A program made the translations under genes and the position numbers. The notes below the pieces were generated by a model, which was given only the letters and a program-made list of their open reading frames with translations, ran no database searches and had not been told where the DNA came from. A stretch of DNA of 64,000 bases, taken from the NCBI GenBank assembly GCA_043826565.1, contig JBDRPX010000037.1, positions 5,669 through 69,668 on the forward strand. The letters are read 5' to 3'. This stretch comes from Candidatus Omnitrophota bacterium (GTDB lineage Bacteria; Omnitrophota; Gorgyraeia; B26-G9). Below, in pieces: positions 37,019 through 46,099 of this stretch. Numbering within the stretch: position 1 is the stretch's first letter; every line of letters starts with the position of its first letter.

Positions 37019-38029
37019 ATGATAAACAGGAGAAAGTTTAAAAATATACTAATTTTCGGGCATAGCAATATTGGAGATGTTTGTTATGACCTGATCCTGG
37101 CTAAGCCTTTGCGCGATACATTCCCGCAGGCGCGGATTAGTTTTGTTACTTCCGCGCAGGCGATGGAAATAGCTAAAAGTGTCAAAAGTATAGATGAGGT
37201 GATTGTTTTTGATAAACACAGCGTGCATAAAGGCTTATCCGGATATCTGAGATTTATCAGCCAAATCCGCAGAAAACATTTTGACTTAAATATTATTTTG
37301 CGTGATGTCCAAATGCATTATTTTTTCGGTATTCCTACCCAAATAAAGAGTAAAAAAAAATCCACCCAAGTTAAACAGAAGCATCCGGCTCAGAAGAACA
37401 TTGAATTGCTCGAGAGGATTGGCATTAGCTGGGTAACTCCGGAGTTTGAACTTGATTTTTCTGATAAAGAAGAAGATTCTGTTAATCAGATAATCGGCGC
37501 AGTAGGTAAAGATTCTTTAACCGTAGGGATAATGCCGTTTTCCGCCTGGAGGCTTAAATGCTGGCCGGTGGATAAATGGAATAAATTGATTGAATTTTTA
37601 ACCGGAGAGTTAACCGCAAAAGTTTTTGTTTTTGGAAAAAGCAGCGGAAGTCCCTGGGAAGAAGATTTTAAAATAAAACTCACTCAAAAGGCAATTTCAC
37701 TTATTGATAAATGTACTTTACGGGAAAGCTTGGCGGCAATTAAAAAACTGGATTTGTTTATCGGCTCGGATACCAGCTTGCTTCATTTTGCAAGTTGTCT
37801 GCATATCCCAACGATCGGATTATACGGGCCTACGGACCATAAAGTGTTTTATCCGTTTTTTCACAAAAATCTTGTTCTGAGCGCGGAAAGTCCGCTTGAG
37901 TGTATGCCTTGCTACCGCAACCCGGAAGTCGGCCCCTGCGGAGTTAAGGACAACCCGGCGCAATGCATGTTGGATATTACCGTCGAACAGGTAATCAACA
38001 AGGTGAAACAGGTAACAGAATTCAGATGA
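37019..38029 (+). CDS. Glycosyltransferase family 9 (heptosyltransferase-like)
   Basis: SNIGD, KCWP, DLFIGSDTSLLHFA, GLYGPT, C-terminal CxPC...C...CM. Start ATG 37019; the track start TTG is the -35 box. Confidence 0.9.
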   Translation: MINRRKFKNILIFGHSNIGDVCYDLILAKPLRDTFPQARISFVTSAQAMEIAKSVKSIDEVIVFDKHSVHKGLSGYLRFISQIRRKHFDLNIILRDVQMHYFFGIPTQIKSKKKSTQVKQKHPAQKNIELLERIGISWVTPEFELDFSDKEEDSVNQIIGAVGKDSLTVGIMPFSAWRLKCWPVDKWNKLIEFLTGELTAKVFVFGKSSGSPWEEDFKIKLTQKAISLIDKCTLRESLAAIKKLDLFIGSDTSLLHFASCLHIPTIGLYGPTDHKVFYPFFHKNLVLSAESPLECMPCYRNPEVGPCGVKDNPAQCMLDITVEQVINKVKQVTEFR

Positions 38030-38076
38030 CAGATGTCAGAAAAAATTTTAATGCAAAAACAAAATAGAGGCGTTAA

Positions 38077-38877
38077 ATGAATATAATAAAACCGATGTTA
38101 ATAATTGGATTTTTATTCTTATTTATGTATTTTTACGCGCGATATCTGGAAAGAAGCAGTCTGTATTATCCGGATAAAAATACAGAATCCACTCCCCAAG
38201 ATGCGGGAATCACTTATGAAGATGTATTTTTTAGCGCTGCGGATAAGGTCAAACTTCATGGATGGTTTATCCCTGCCGCCGGGCTAAACACAATAATTTT
38301 TTGTCACGGCAATGGCGGTAATATCAGCCATCGGATAGACAAGATATCGTTTTTTCATAACCTGGGGGTTAATATTTTTATGTTTGATTACCGCGGTTAT
38401 GGTAAAAGCGCGGGCCGGCCGAGCGAAGCCGGGCTGTATCAGGATGCTCAGGCTGCTTATGAGTATGTGAAATCACGCACAGCTTCAGAAAAGCAAAAAA
38501 TCATTATTTACGGAGAATCATTAGGCGGAGCAGTTGCGGTTGATCTGGCAAGTAAAGTAAAAGCTGATGGGCTTATTTTAGAAAGTACGTTTTCTAATGT
38601 CGCGGATATGGCCCGGGTTATTTATCCGTTTTTACCGGAATTTTTAATAAAAAGTAAATTTAATTCGATAGCAAAAATTACTGATATCAAAATCCCCAAA
38701 TTGTTCATGCATAGTGAAGATGATAATATTGTTCCTTTTAAATTAGGTAAAAAGCTTTTTGATACAGCGGGCTTGCCAAAGACCTTTTTAAAAATAGAAG
38801 GTATCCATAATGACGCGTTTTATATATCTCAGGCCAAGATAAAACCAATTATTAAATCATTCCTGGAATCAATATAA
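38077..38877 (+). CDS. Alpha/beta hydrolase with N-terminal anchor (ABHD17/BEM46-like)
   Basis: HGNGGN, DYRGYGKS, GESLGG, HSEDDNIVP, HND. Confidence 0.9.
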   Translation: MNIIKPMLIIGFLFLFMYFYARYLERSSLYYPDKNTESTPQDAGITYEDVFFSAADKVKLHGWFIPAAGLNTIIFCHGNGGNISHRIDKISFFHNLGVNIFMFDYRGYGKSAGRPSEAGLYQDAQAAYEYVKSRTASEKQKIIIYGESLGGAVAVDLASKVKADGLILESTFSNVADMARVIYPFLPEFLIKSKFNSIAKITDIKIPKLFMHSEDDNIVPFKLGKKLFDTAGLPKTFLKIEGIHNDAFYISQAKIKPIIKSFLESI

Positions 38878-38903
38878 CTAATTATTTTTAAATTATTAAT
38901 GGG

Positions 38904-39455
38904 CTAATCTGTGTTTACCGGCTGTATTGGCCGGGGCGGAGGTAGCGGTATGCGCAGCTGCTGTTGCTGGAGAATTCTCATTTGCTGCTGATGTTGGATC
39001 TGCATTTGAATTCTTTGAGAATTTTGATAGGTGTTGACAGTATCTAGTGTTTGTTTTGTCCGGATCGCTTCTTCGGTTATGGAGCGAAGCCATTGCTGGT
39101 AATGCTGCATGTCAAAATCAGTATACTCTGTTGAGATCACGCCGAGTTTTTGCAGTTCATCCATAATCGCTCCGGGATTATCTTCGGCCCAGCTGTAAAG
39201 TTCTCCGTCAACGAATATCAAAGATATGATTTTATCTTTCTTGAAAAGACTGCCTTTTTCTTTGTAATCCCAAACTTCCACGGGATATTTATCGCGGGTC
39301 ATTCCCACCGGGGCTTTTGTTGAGGGTTCTCCCCAAAGTTGAACTACCTGTTCCATGGTAAAACCGTTTTCTAAAGCAGGTTTTTTCTTTTGCGCAGTGG
39401 CACAGCCAGCGCTGGTAAAAGCGATTAAAATTAGGATGGTAATAAATCTTCTCAT
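38904..39455 (-). CDS. Lipoprotein, SmpA/BamE-like, with Q/P-rich tail
   Basis: MRRFITILILIAFTSAGC lipobox; LENGFTMEQVVQLWGEP. Start ATG 39455. Confidence 0.72.
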   Translation of the reverse strand: MRRFITILILIAFTSAGCATAQKKKPALENGFTMEQVVQLWGEPSTKAPVGMTRDKYPVEVWDYKEKGSLFKKDKIISLIFVDGELYSWAEDNPGAIMDELQKLGVISTEYTDFDMQHYQQWLRSITEEAIRTKQTLDTVNTYQNSQRIQMQIQHQQQMRILQQQQLRIPLPPPRPIQPVNTD

Positions 39456-39544
39456 ATCTTGAAATTTAACATAAATAATATTAATTGTCAAAGTAATAAA
39501 GTGAGTGTATCAAATCCTATTTGCCATTTTATATGAGAAATTTT

Positions 39545-39588
39545 TTAAGATTGTCAATTTTGACAATCTTAAAAGAGTATTATATAAT
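39545..39588 (+). promoter_or_regulatory. Consensus sigma70 promoter overlapped by a perfect 13-bp inverted repeat
   Basis: TTAAGATTGTCAA-TT-TTGACAATCTTAA; TTGACA(39560)-17 nt-TATAAT(39583). Confidence 0.75.
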
Positions 39589-39598
39589 ATTACGAAAT

Positions 39599-40201
39599 AT
39601 GAAAATAACCCTGAAATCACTTTTAGCATCTATCGTAGCAATATTTATATGTTTCCTTTTAACTATCGGGTATTCAGATGTAAAAGGAGAAGAAGAACTA
39701 GCCTGCGTTTTAAAAGCGTCTAAAAACGTATTTAATAGCGGCGAAAATATAACTTTATTAGTAACTGTAAAAAATTATACCCACAAAGAGATTTATTTCA
39801 TAGACTATAAACAAAGGAATGCTCCGTTTGGCAGTACTATGCCGATTATAACTAATGATCAAGAGCAAAAAATCAATATTATTTGGAAGATATCTAAAGT
39901 ATATCCGCCTCTTCCTCCAACAGTTACAGCAATTAAAATCATTCCGGACGGAGAATGGACAACAAAAATTCAATTAAGCCCGGACAATCTGCGTTTAGTG
40001 CAAAAAGATGTAGATAGTTTCATGCCGCCGGGAAAGTATCAGATTAAAATTAACTTTAATCCGCCAGCTTTAGAAGTTTGCGAGATTAAAGTAGAAGAAC
40101 TTAGAAATCCGTTTGGATTAGAAGAATTGAAGAAAATGAATGTTGATTTTTGGTCTGGAAATGTTCAATCAAATGCGATTAATATAAAAACAATTAAATA
40201 A
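39599..40201 (+). CDS. Secreted hypothetical protein, Ig-like beta-sandwich
   Basis: Signal MKITLKSLLASIVAIFICFLL; GENITLLVTVKN, PGKYQIKINF, WSGNVQSNAINI. Confidence 0.65.
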   Translation: MKITLKSLLASIVAIFICFLLTIGYSDVKGEEELACVLKASKNVFNSGENITLLVTVKNYTHKEIYFIDYKQRNAPFGSTMPIITNDQEQKINIIWKISKVYPPLPPTVTAIKIIPDGEWTTKIQLSPDNLRLVQKDVDSFMPPGKYQIKINFNPPALEVCEIKVEELRNPFGLEELKKMNVDFWSGNVQSNAINIKTIK

Positions 40202-40287
40202 AAAATAGTAACTTGAAATAAAAGTTGATTTTTCGACTCAAAACTAAATTAGCAGTAATTAAGAAAGTATGATATACTTGAACATAG

Positions 40288-40374
40288 AGGACAGGCGAGT
40301 TCGTGTAGTACGTTTTAGATTTGGATCAAGAAATAAGTTCAAAAGTTAAAGTGTAGTGTAACACCGCCTGTCCT
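40288..40374 (+). ncRNA. Candidate structured small RNA of unknown class
   Basis: Extended -10 TGaTATACT at 40270-78; perfect 10-bp closing stem AGGACAGGCG/CGCCTGTCCT; further internal pairing possible. Confidence 0.45.
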
Positions 40375-40402
40375 TATTTAATTCTACTAAAAGATCATCA
40401 AG

Positions 40403-40431
40403 CATAACCCCTTTAATACAAAGGGGTTATG
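40403..40431. terminator. Perfect 12-bp hairpin, possible terminator
   Basis: CATAACCCCTTT-AATAC-AAAGGGGTTATG; no clear U-tract. Confidence 0.5.
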
Positions 40432-40457
40432 TAATAATAGGCCATTCTGATAAAAAT

Positions 40458-40486
40458 TTGCAAGAATATTTTTCTTATGGTATACT
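40458..40486 (+). promoter_or_regulatory. Promoter of orphan EQAI-family gene
   Basis: TTGCAA-17 nt-TGgTATACT. Confidence 0.65.
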
Positions 40487-40538
40487 TTATAATCTTATTT
40501 TATATATTTAAAAAGATTTTCTAAACAAAAAGAAAGCA

Positions 40539-42947
40539 ATGAAAAAAATGTCCAAACAAAAATACATAATCTATATTGTCGCATTAATATTTGTGCTGAA
40601 TGTATCTTTAGCCCAGGCAGAAGAAGTATTTATTCAGAGGGATCACCTGGCGCCTCAGGTACAGATAGACAGTATTAATTTTAAAGATGCATATGCCCAA
40701 TTAAGTCAAAAAGATGCTGATGATGCGCGGCAGGCAATGTGGAGTTCTTTAAGAAACGTTTTAAACACACATGGTTTGAAATGGGAAAATTTTGCCAAAG
40801 CTCTTATGGATATAAGATCTAATCTGGACGTTTCTTTTGCTCAGAACCGGGGCAAAAAAACAGGGAAAATCACTAAAGTTGAAAATCTAGCCAGAATGCG
40901 CGGGCTTATTGACGCTTATTTTGGGGACGAGAGCCAATACGGAATGGTCCATATTGAAAAGAATGACGAGCGTCTTGCGGTGATTGACGCGGTTTGGAGT
41001 GATTTAAAAGAACAGTTCCGTTTATTGCAGGAAGCCGGCTTTGCATTTGAAGGGACAAAAGCGGTGGCCCGGGCATTTAAGCGAGATTGGAAAACTATTG
41101 GTAATGAATTTGGATATATTAAAAATGCTGTTGCCGTGGCTTATGCTTTAAAGCGTGGGGTTAGGCGTATAGATTCTTTAGATAAATTACCGGGAAATGA
41201 AAATATTGATAACCTGATCCAGGGGTTTTTTGATACTAACGGAACTTTGGGAATTAAAGATGCCAAGGCTGCCGAGGCTTTTTTAAATGCGGTAAGAGGA
41301 GATATGCAGGCGTATATGGATGAATTGATCGCCCGCGGAAGCAGGTTTAACGGAGTGGAAAGATTGCTTGAAGGCAGAAATATCGATAGGACGAAGATAG
41401 AGGCATTTAAGCAGGAAGCCAGAGAAATTATCCGCGATACATTTTCACAAAACAGATCGCTCAGGGAATTGCCGGAGATGGATGCGATAAAACCGCATAT
41501 GCGTAAAATCGCTACTATCGGCGGACAGAGAGAAAATCTGGGAATAACTGATAAAACATTAGGGAATGATATTATCAGAGCAATATGGGGTGATCTTTTA
41601 TTTTATTTTAATGAAATGAAGGCGCAAGGATCTGAGTTTAGCGGAGCTTTAGAGCTTGCTTCTAAAGTACAAGGTGCTGACCTGAATGCTATCCGCGATC
41701 AGCGGAATAATCTGCGCGCGGAAATTTCCCGGCAATATCATCTGGATCGTACGATTGAACATGTGGAAGATATTACTGCGGTATCCTTGGTTATGGAGTT
41801 TTTATTCGGGGAGAATATGCGGGGAGGCATAGCTAAAATCGGGAATCCCACTACAGCCCGCGCAATACAAACTGCTTTGATCCATGAATTGCAAATATTC
41901 TTACATGAATTGTCCGGAGACGGAGTAAAAATTCCGGCAGAGCAATTATTTTATGAGGAAAACAAAGGGCCTGTTGCCGGAAACTCGCTGGCGGCTTTAG
42001 CCGAATCTTTACGAAACAGGAATGTAAGCCCTGACCAGTGGAATGAAATGATGAGCGCGTTTAAATGTATGCAGAGAAATATTGATTCGGACCATCCTTA
42101 TCCGCGGGCATATGAAAGAGCTCAATCGCCTAATCTGGTTGACCAGTGGCTGAAGCAGTTTAGCCCGTATTATTTTCCGGCAATAACGGATTCCGCAGCA
42201 TTGGCTGAACTCCACCAGGTATTATTGACGGTTTTTTATGATCAACATGGAAATGCGCGGGATCAGCACATGGCTTTGTCTTTAGGATCGCTGGCAAGAA
42301 AGCAGATTACCAAAAAAGAGTGGCTTGAACCGAGAAAAGAGCCGGAACCGGATGGTGCATATGTTATTGAAGATGCTGATCTTGATTCCGCAGATTGGGT
42401 AAATCTTATATACAGCCCAAATGCCCATGGTATTGCAGGAGAAACAGTGGCAAGTTTACAAACTGTTTTAGATGGGTATAATGAAAATATAGATATTATT
42501 ACCCGGGAACAGTGGAGTGAGATTGCCGAGGCTTTTGCGGTTATGAATGGAGCGACTCAGGACGGACCGCATTATCCTGCGGAATACAACAGCCAGGTTG
42601 TGGATGATTGGTATAATTCATTTATTTTTGTTTATACCGACCGTGTTAACGGAAGGTATGCAAGGAATTTTCCGGATGCTTTAAAGCAGCTGCTGATCGC
42701 AGCTTTTTATCGCGATAATGGCCGGGCCAGGGATAAAAGTGAAGCCTTAACATTTACTAAGGCTATTGGTAATATGTTGACCGCGGAATCCAGATATACA
42801 AGAATACGGAAAAAACTGTTGGCAGAACGTGTTCCGGAGCTTGATCTGGATGCCTATCTGAATGAAAATCCTGGGGACGGCCCGCAACAGATGTTTCAGG
42901 AATTTGGAATTAATAGAGCGGCTGAGTTAGTGGAAAACGCCATATAA
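40539..42947 (+). CDS. Orphan EQAI-family secreted protein F with internal helical repeats
   Basis: Signal peptide ending AQA, then LAPQVQI; repeats A(V/I)(W/R)(S/G)D(L/M)...G..F.G; ends LVENAI. Confidence 0.75.
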   Translation: MKKMSKQKYIIYIVALIFVLNVSLAQAEEVFIQRDHLAPQVQIDSINFKDAYAQLSQKDADDARQAMWSSLRNVLNTHGLKWENFAKALMDIRSNLDVSFAQNRGKKTGKITKVENLARMRGLIDAYFGDESQYGMVHIEKNDERLAVIDAVWSDLKEQFRLLQEAGFAFEGTKAVARAFKRDWKTIGNEFGYIKNAVAVAYALKRGVRRIDSLDKLPGNENIDNLIQGFFDTNGTLGIKDAKAAEAFLNAVRGDMQAYMDELIARGSRFNGVERLLEGRNIDRTKIEAFKQEAREIIRDTFSQNRSLRELPEMDAIKPHMRKIATIGGQRENLGITDKTLGNDIIRAIWGDLLFYFNEMKAQGSEFSGALELASKVQGADLNAIRDQRNNLRAEISRQYHLDRTIEHVEDITAVSLVMEFLFGENMRGGIAKIGNPTTARAIQTALIHELQIFLHELSGDGVKIPAEQLFYEENKGPVAGNSLAALAESLRNRNVSPDQWNEMMSAFKCMQRNIDSDHPYPRAYERAQSPNLVDQWLKQFSPYYFPAITDSAALAELHQVLLTVFYDQHGNARDQHMALSLGSLARKQITKKEWLEPRKEPEPDGAYVIEDADLDSADWVNLIYSPNAHGIAGETVASLQTVLDGYNENIDIITREQWSEIAEAFAVMNGATQDGPHYPAEYNSQVVDDWYNSFIFVYTDRVNGRYARNFPDALKQLLIAAFYRDNGRARDKSEALTFTKAIGNMLTAESRYTRIRKKLLAERVPELDLDAYLNENPGDGPQQMFQEFGINRAAELVENAI

Positions 42948-43049
42948 ATATTAAAAAAACCCTCCGAAATTTCCTTTTACTTCGACTATTGCAGTACCTC
43001 ATGGTTTATGCTAATATACTATCTACTGATTAAATAACCACCCACTAAT

Positions 43050-43171
43050 GGAACTTTTGAAAAATTTTCAGATGCAAGGCCCCGACGAGTGAGCGCGGAG
43101 GCGTCCATTTCGGACGTCGCACAAGTGAAAGAGGAGGAAACGCCGCAGATGGGTGTTTTGCAAAAGTTTCC
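43050..43171. mobile_element. MITE-like element upstream of uvrA
   Basis: Imperfect TIRs GGAACTTTTGAAAAA / TTTTGCAAAAGTTTCC around a GC-rich GATGCAAGG...GCGTCC-GGACGT...CGCAGATGG core. Confidence 0.55.
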
Positions 43172-43182
43172 AAATGCATTTC

Positions 43183-46047
43183 ATGAGTAAAGAGTACATA
43201 ACAATCAAAGGTGCTAAAGAGCACAACCTTAAATCCATAGACCTGGAATTACCGCGGAACAGTTTAGTTGTTATTACCGGGCTTTCCGGTTCCGGGAAAT
43301 CTTCTTTGGCTTTTGATACTATCTATGCCGAAGGTCAGAGAAGGTATGTGGAAAGCCTTTCCGCTTATGCCCGGCAATTTTTAGAGCAGCTGCATAAACC
43401 GGATGTTGAATATATTGAAGGGCTTTCTCCGGCGATTGCTATTGAACAGCGTAATACCGGCTCAAATCCCCGTTCTACTGTAGCCACTCAAACCGAAATT
43501 TATGATTACCTGAGGCTTCTTTTTGCCAGGATCGGCACTCCGTTTTGTTACCGCTGCGGCAGAAAAATTTCCCGGCAGTCATCTCAGCAGATCGTCGACA
43601 GGATACTCGAGATTCCGGTACAGACAAAAATTTATTTACTCGCGCCTTTGGTTCGGGGGCGTAAAGGAGAGTATCGTAAAATATTTGAAGATGTCGGAAA
43701 ATCAGGTTTTGTCCGGGTGCGGGTTGACGGAAATATTTATGATATCAATGAGCCGATCAAGTTGAATAAAAAAAAGAAACATTCCATAGAAGTCGTGGTG
43801 GACCGGCTGATTGTAAAACCGGAAATGTCCCGTCTAAAAACCTTCACATCCTGTGAACCGACCCGATCATTTCATCCTGAAATGAAAAAAAGGCTGACTG
43901 ATTCTGTAGAGACGGCCTTAAAAGTAGGAAATGGAACTTTAATTCTCGCAACTGAAGATGAATCAGGAGCATTAAAAGAGATAATTTTCAGTGAAGTTTA
44001 TGCTTGTGCTGAGTGCGGGATAAGTTTTGAAGAAATGCAGCCGCGGATGTTTTCATTTAATAGTCCATACGGAGCTTGTTCTGCCTGCGCCGGCTTAGGT
44101 AATAAAGTGGAGATAGATGAAGATCTTGTGGTGCAGGATAAGAACAAAACTTTAAGAGAAGGAGCATTGGAGCCCTGGCGCAGAGGCGGCAAAGGTTATC
44201 TGATGTATTATCGCAGTTTGCTGGGAGAGTTGGCTTCTGTAGAAGGATTTAGTCTGGATGCTCCGTTTAAAAAATTGCCCAGAGAAACCCAGAAACTTAT
44301 TCTTTACGGCGGAGATGTTCAGGTCTGGGGAAAACCCTATGAGGGAATAATCCCGCATTTAGAAAGACTTTTTCAGCAGACCGACAGTGATTTTCTAAAG
44401 CAGGAAATTAATAAGTATATGAGTAATCTTCCTTGTCCGGAATGCCGGGGAGCGCGTTTGCGTCCGGAAAGCCTGGCGGTTAAAATCGGGAAATTATCAA
44501 TTAATGATGTGACCAGGTTATCCATATCCGCGGGTTTGGAATTCTTTAATTCTTTAAAATTAAGTGAAAAAGAAAAAATTATTTCCCACCAGGTATTAAA
44601 AGAGATAAAACAGCGTCTTGAATTTATGCTGAATGTCGGCCTGGGATATTTAACTCTGGACCGGCAAAGCAGTACACTCTCCGGCGGAGAAGCCCAGAGA
44701 ATTCGATTAGCTACCCAGATCGGGTCACGTCTTACCGGAGTTATTTATATTCTTGATGAGCCGAGTATCGGGTTGCACCAGCGGGATAATGAAAAACTGC
44801 TGGATACTTTAAAAGCATTAAGAGATTTGGGAAATACCCTGGTGGTTGTTGAGCATGATGAGGCGACCATAACTGCGGCTGATTACATTGTTGATTTGGG
44901 TCCGGGAGCCGGAAGAAACGGCGGCAGTGTTGTCTGTAAAGGAACATTAGCGCAAGTGTTAAAGTGTAAAAATTCTTCAACCGCGAATTATCTTAACGGA
45001 AAACTTAAAATAATTCCGCATTTTGCCAAGCGTTTATATGAAAATAAGAAAATACTTAAGATAATCGGAGCATGTGAACATAATCTGAAAAATATTGATG
45101 TAAGTATTCCTCTGGGGTTATTTGTTTGTGTGACCGGAGTCTCCGGCTCGGGCAAGTCCACGCTTATTGATGAGATCACTTATAAAGCTTTGGCGAAAAA
45201 ATTATATCGTTCTAAGGAAAAACCCGGCCGGCATAAGCAGATAACCGGGATTGAACATATTGATAAAGTAATTGTTATTGATCAGTCGCCGATCGGACGT
45301 ACTCCCCGGTCAAATCCGGCTACCTATACAGGAATTTTTTCTCCGATCCGGGAGTTCTTCGCGCAATTACCGGAGTCAAGGATCAGAGGATATAAGCCGG
45401 GACGGTTCAGTTTTAATGTTAAAGGCGGCCGTTGTGAAGCTTGTCAGGGCGATGGAATTAAAAAAATTGAAATGCATTTTTTACCGGATATATATGTTGA
45501 ATGTGAGATTTGTAAAGGGAAGCGTTATAATGAACAGACATTAGAAGTGAAATATAAAGGCATGTCGATCTCCGATGTATTGGAAATGACGGTAGAAGAT
45601 GCCAAGGAACTGTTCAAGAATATTTCGCGGATTATGAATAAATTACAGGTTTTAAATGATGTCGGATTGGGGTATATTCAGTTAGGACAATCCGCAACTA
45701 CTTTATCCGGCGGGGAAGCGCAAAGAGTAAAACTTTCTACGGAGCTGGCAAAAAAAGCTACCGGACGCACATTATATATTCTTGATGAGCCGACTACCGG
45801 CCTGCACTTTGCGGATGTGGACAAATTGTTGAAAGTTTTGCACACTTTGGTAGACTATGGTAATACCGTGCTGGTTATCGAGCACAATCTGGATGTTATA
45901 AAAACCGCTGATTATATTATTGATCTAGGCCCGGAGGGCGGGGAAAACGGCGGAGAAGTTGTCGGAGCGGGGAGTCCGCAGGAGTTAATGGACAATACAC
46001 GTTCATATACCGGAAAATATTTAAAAAAACACATAGAAAGACACTAA
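43183..46047 (+). CDS. uvrA: Excinuclease ABC subunit A
   Basis: [31 protein letters not shown], two LSGGEAQR signatures, Zn fingers. Start ATG 43183. Confidence 0.98.
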   Translation: MSKEYITIKGAKEHNLKSIDLELPRNSLVVITGLSGSGKSSLAFDTIYAEGQRRYVESLSAYARQFLEQLHKPDVEYIEGLSPAIAIEQRNTGSNPRSTVATQTEIYDYLRLLFARIGTPFCYRCGRKISRQSSQQIVDRILEIPVQTKIYLLAPLVRGRKGEYRKIFEDVGKSGFVRVRVDGNIYDINEPIKLNKKKKHSIEVVVDRLIVKPEMSRLKTFTSCEPTRSFHPEMKKRLTDSVETALKVGNGTLILATEDESGALKEIIFSEVYACAECGISFEEMQPRMFSFNSPYGACSACAGLGNKVEIDEDLVVQDKNKTLREGALEPWRRGGKGYLMYYRSLLGELASVEGFSLDAPFKKLPRETQKLILYGGDVQVWGKPYEGIIPHLERLFQQTDSDFLKQEINKYMSNLPCPECRGARLRPESLAVKIGKLSINDVTRLSISAGLEFFNSLKLSEKEKIISHQVLKEIKQRLEFMLNVGLGYLTLDRQSSTLSGGEAQRIRLATQIGSRLTGVIYILDEPSIGLHQRDNEKLLDTLKALRDLGNTLVVVEHDEATITAADYIVDLGPGAGRNGGSVVCKGTLAQVLKCKNSSTANYLNGKLKIIPHFAKRLYENKKILKIIGACEHNLKNIDVSIPLGLFVCVTGVSGSGKSTLIDEITYKALAKKLYRSKEKPGRHKQITGIEHIDKVIVIDQSPIGRTPRSNPATYTGIFSPIREFFAQLPESRIRGYKPGRFSFNVKGGRCEACQGDGIKKIEMHFLPDIYVECEICKGKRYNEQTLEVKYKGMSISDVLEMTVEDAKELFKNISRIMNKLQVLNDVGLGYIQLGQSATTLSGGEAQRVKLSTELAKKATGRTLYILDEPTTGLHFADVDKLLKVLHTLVDYGNTVLVIEHNLDVIKTADYIIDLGPEGGENGGEVVGAGSPQELMDNTRSYTGKYLKKHIERH

Positions 46048-46055
46048 AAATAAGT

Positions 46056-46082
46056 GTAGGGGCGGGGCTTGCCCCCGCCCGT
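46056..46082 (+). repeat. GTAG-type REP-like palindrome
   Basis: GTAG-GGGCGGGG-CTTG-CCCCCGCCC-GT after the uvrA stop. Confidence 0.7.
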
Positions 46083-46099
46083 TATAGAACAAAAATATA

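Noticed and set aside
40288-40374. 6S RNA, SRP RNA or tRNA identity for the candidate sRNA
   Set aside because: About half the usual 6S length, no SRP GGAA-loop motif, and no cloverleaf.
40401-40431. Similarity to the T7 terminator start (AGCATAACCCCTT), i.e. vector contamination
   Set aside because: Only 13 nt match and the surrounding sequence is unrelated.
42950-43182. LexA/SOS box upstream of uvrA
   Set aside because: No convincing CTGT-N8-ACAG or GAAC-N4-GTTC site was seen.
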